A stretch of 64,000 bases of DNA from positions 5,060 to 69,059 of the forward strand of contig CAJXOU010000005.1 of the NCBI GenBank assembly GCA_913057645.1. The letters are read 5' to 3'. A program made the translations under genes and the position numbers. The notes beneath the pieces were generated by a model. That model saw only the letters and a program-made list of their open reading frames with translations, searched no databases and had not been told where the DNA came from. Source of the stretch: an uncultured Rhodobiaceae bacterium. Lineage in GTDB: Bacteria > Pseudomonadota > Alphaproteobacteria > Parvibaculales > Parvibaculaceae. Below are positions 63,433 to 64,000 of this stretch, in pieces (position 1 is the first letter of the stretch; each line of letters opens with the position of its first letter).

Positions 63433-64000
63433 TTGTCCGCAAAGCCGATTGCGATTGCCGCTGCGGGCGCCGTGTGCTGCGCCCTCGCGGCGCTGCCCGT
63501 CCGCGCGGCAGAGAGCGAAGCCGCGCCTCCGGATGAAGCCGGGCCTTCCGAAGAAGCCGCGCCCGTTTTCGATCTCGGCGGTGCGCTCCGCGTCAACTTC
63601 TACAACAAGAGCTGGGAGGCGCGGCAGAAGCGCCGCAGCATTTCGCAGAATCTCCGCCTCGACACGGCGATGATCGACGCCTCTTTTGAATCCGGCCGCT
63701 GGGACGGCTCGGCGCAGTACCGCTTCTATTATTACAGCGACGGCGACCAGCTCACCCATTTCCCGCATCACGCCTGGGTTGGCTACAGGCTCGACAGTCG
63801 CCAGAAGCTCCAGGCCGGCATCCAGAAGGTGCCCTTCGGCCTGCTTCCCTTCGCCTCCAACAATTTCTTCTTCTCGCTCGCCTTTTATGCAGGCCTCGAA
63901 GACGACTACGATTTCGGCTTCCGCTACAGCCGCGACATGGGGCCTTGGACGCTCGACGCCGCCTGGTTCCCGATGGACGAGGGAAGCTGGTCGGGCGACA
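63433..64000 (+). CDS. Putative outer-membrane beta-barrel protein (5' partial, runs off the window)
   Basis: Hand-translated open frame not in the ORF track. It has a TTG start after AAGGGAGG and a signal peptide (SAKPIAIAAAGAVCCALAALPVRAAE). Tyr/Phe/Asp-rich strand-like segments follow (..AQYRFYYYSDGD.., ..DYDFGFRYSRD..). Confidence 0.45.
   Translation, partial: MSAKPIAIAAAGAVCCALAALPVRAAESEAAPPDEAGPSEEAAPVFDLGGALRVNFYNKSWEARQKRRSISQNLRLDTAMIDASFESGRWDGSAQYRFYYYSDGDQLTHFPHHAWVGYRLDSRQKLQAGIQKVPFGLLPFASNNFFFSLAFYAGLEDDYDFGFRYSRDMGPWTLDAAWFPMDEGSWSGD

Overview
High-GC alphaproteobacterial (Rhizobiales/Hyphomicrobiales-like) chromosomal window with about 57 credible protein genes, one tRNA, and no rRNA, CRISPR array, transposase or integrase. 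(1) 1-22.8 kb is a housekeeping backbone in gene orders typical of alphaproteobacteria: tsaE, amgK-like and murU-like genes, addB-addA-trxA, then on the minus strand aroA-cmk-rpsA-sppA-ihfB-lapA-pyrF-trpFBA-accD-folC, ending at tRNA-Ala(GGC). (2) About 24.8-36.5 kb is a by-eye lower-GC block bracketed and subdivided by very AT-rich spacers. It encodes an FNR-type regulator, a globin-coupled cytoplasmic MCP, an orphan GAF/multi-PAS histidine kinase, an atypical CheA (Cys-rich truncated-globin-like module where P2 normally sits, two CheW-like domains and a C-terminal receiver), and tightly coupled cheW-cheY-cheZ-like-cheB-cheR. I read this as an acquired oxygen/redox chemosensory module and consider it the best candidate for something not yet described. 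(3) 36.7-49.2 kb is a nitrate-assimilation regulon (mobA, nasT, porin, nrtABC, nirBD, nasA, cobA). It has a sigma-54-type promoter before nasT and a textbook ANTAR dual-hexaloop/terminator leader before the porin-nrt operon. (4) 49.2-64 kb holds lipid and envelope genes, including one co-directional array: a VIT-VWA protein with a GlyGly-CTERM tail, a rhombosortase, a coiled-coil protein, TetR, an acyltransferase and an LplT-like MFS transporter. Related palindromic operators sit at two promoters in this array. The section also contains a frameshifted OYE flavin oxidoreductase and a single-chain BC-BCCP-CT carboxylase. Many long ORFs in the six-frame track are antisense or out-of-frame artefacts of the high GC content and were not called. 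Several start codons were re-assigned from the track using RBS position, stop/start overlaps and family N-termini.
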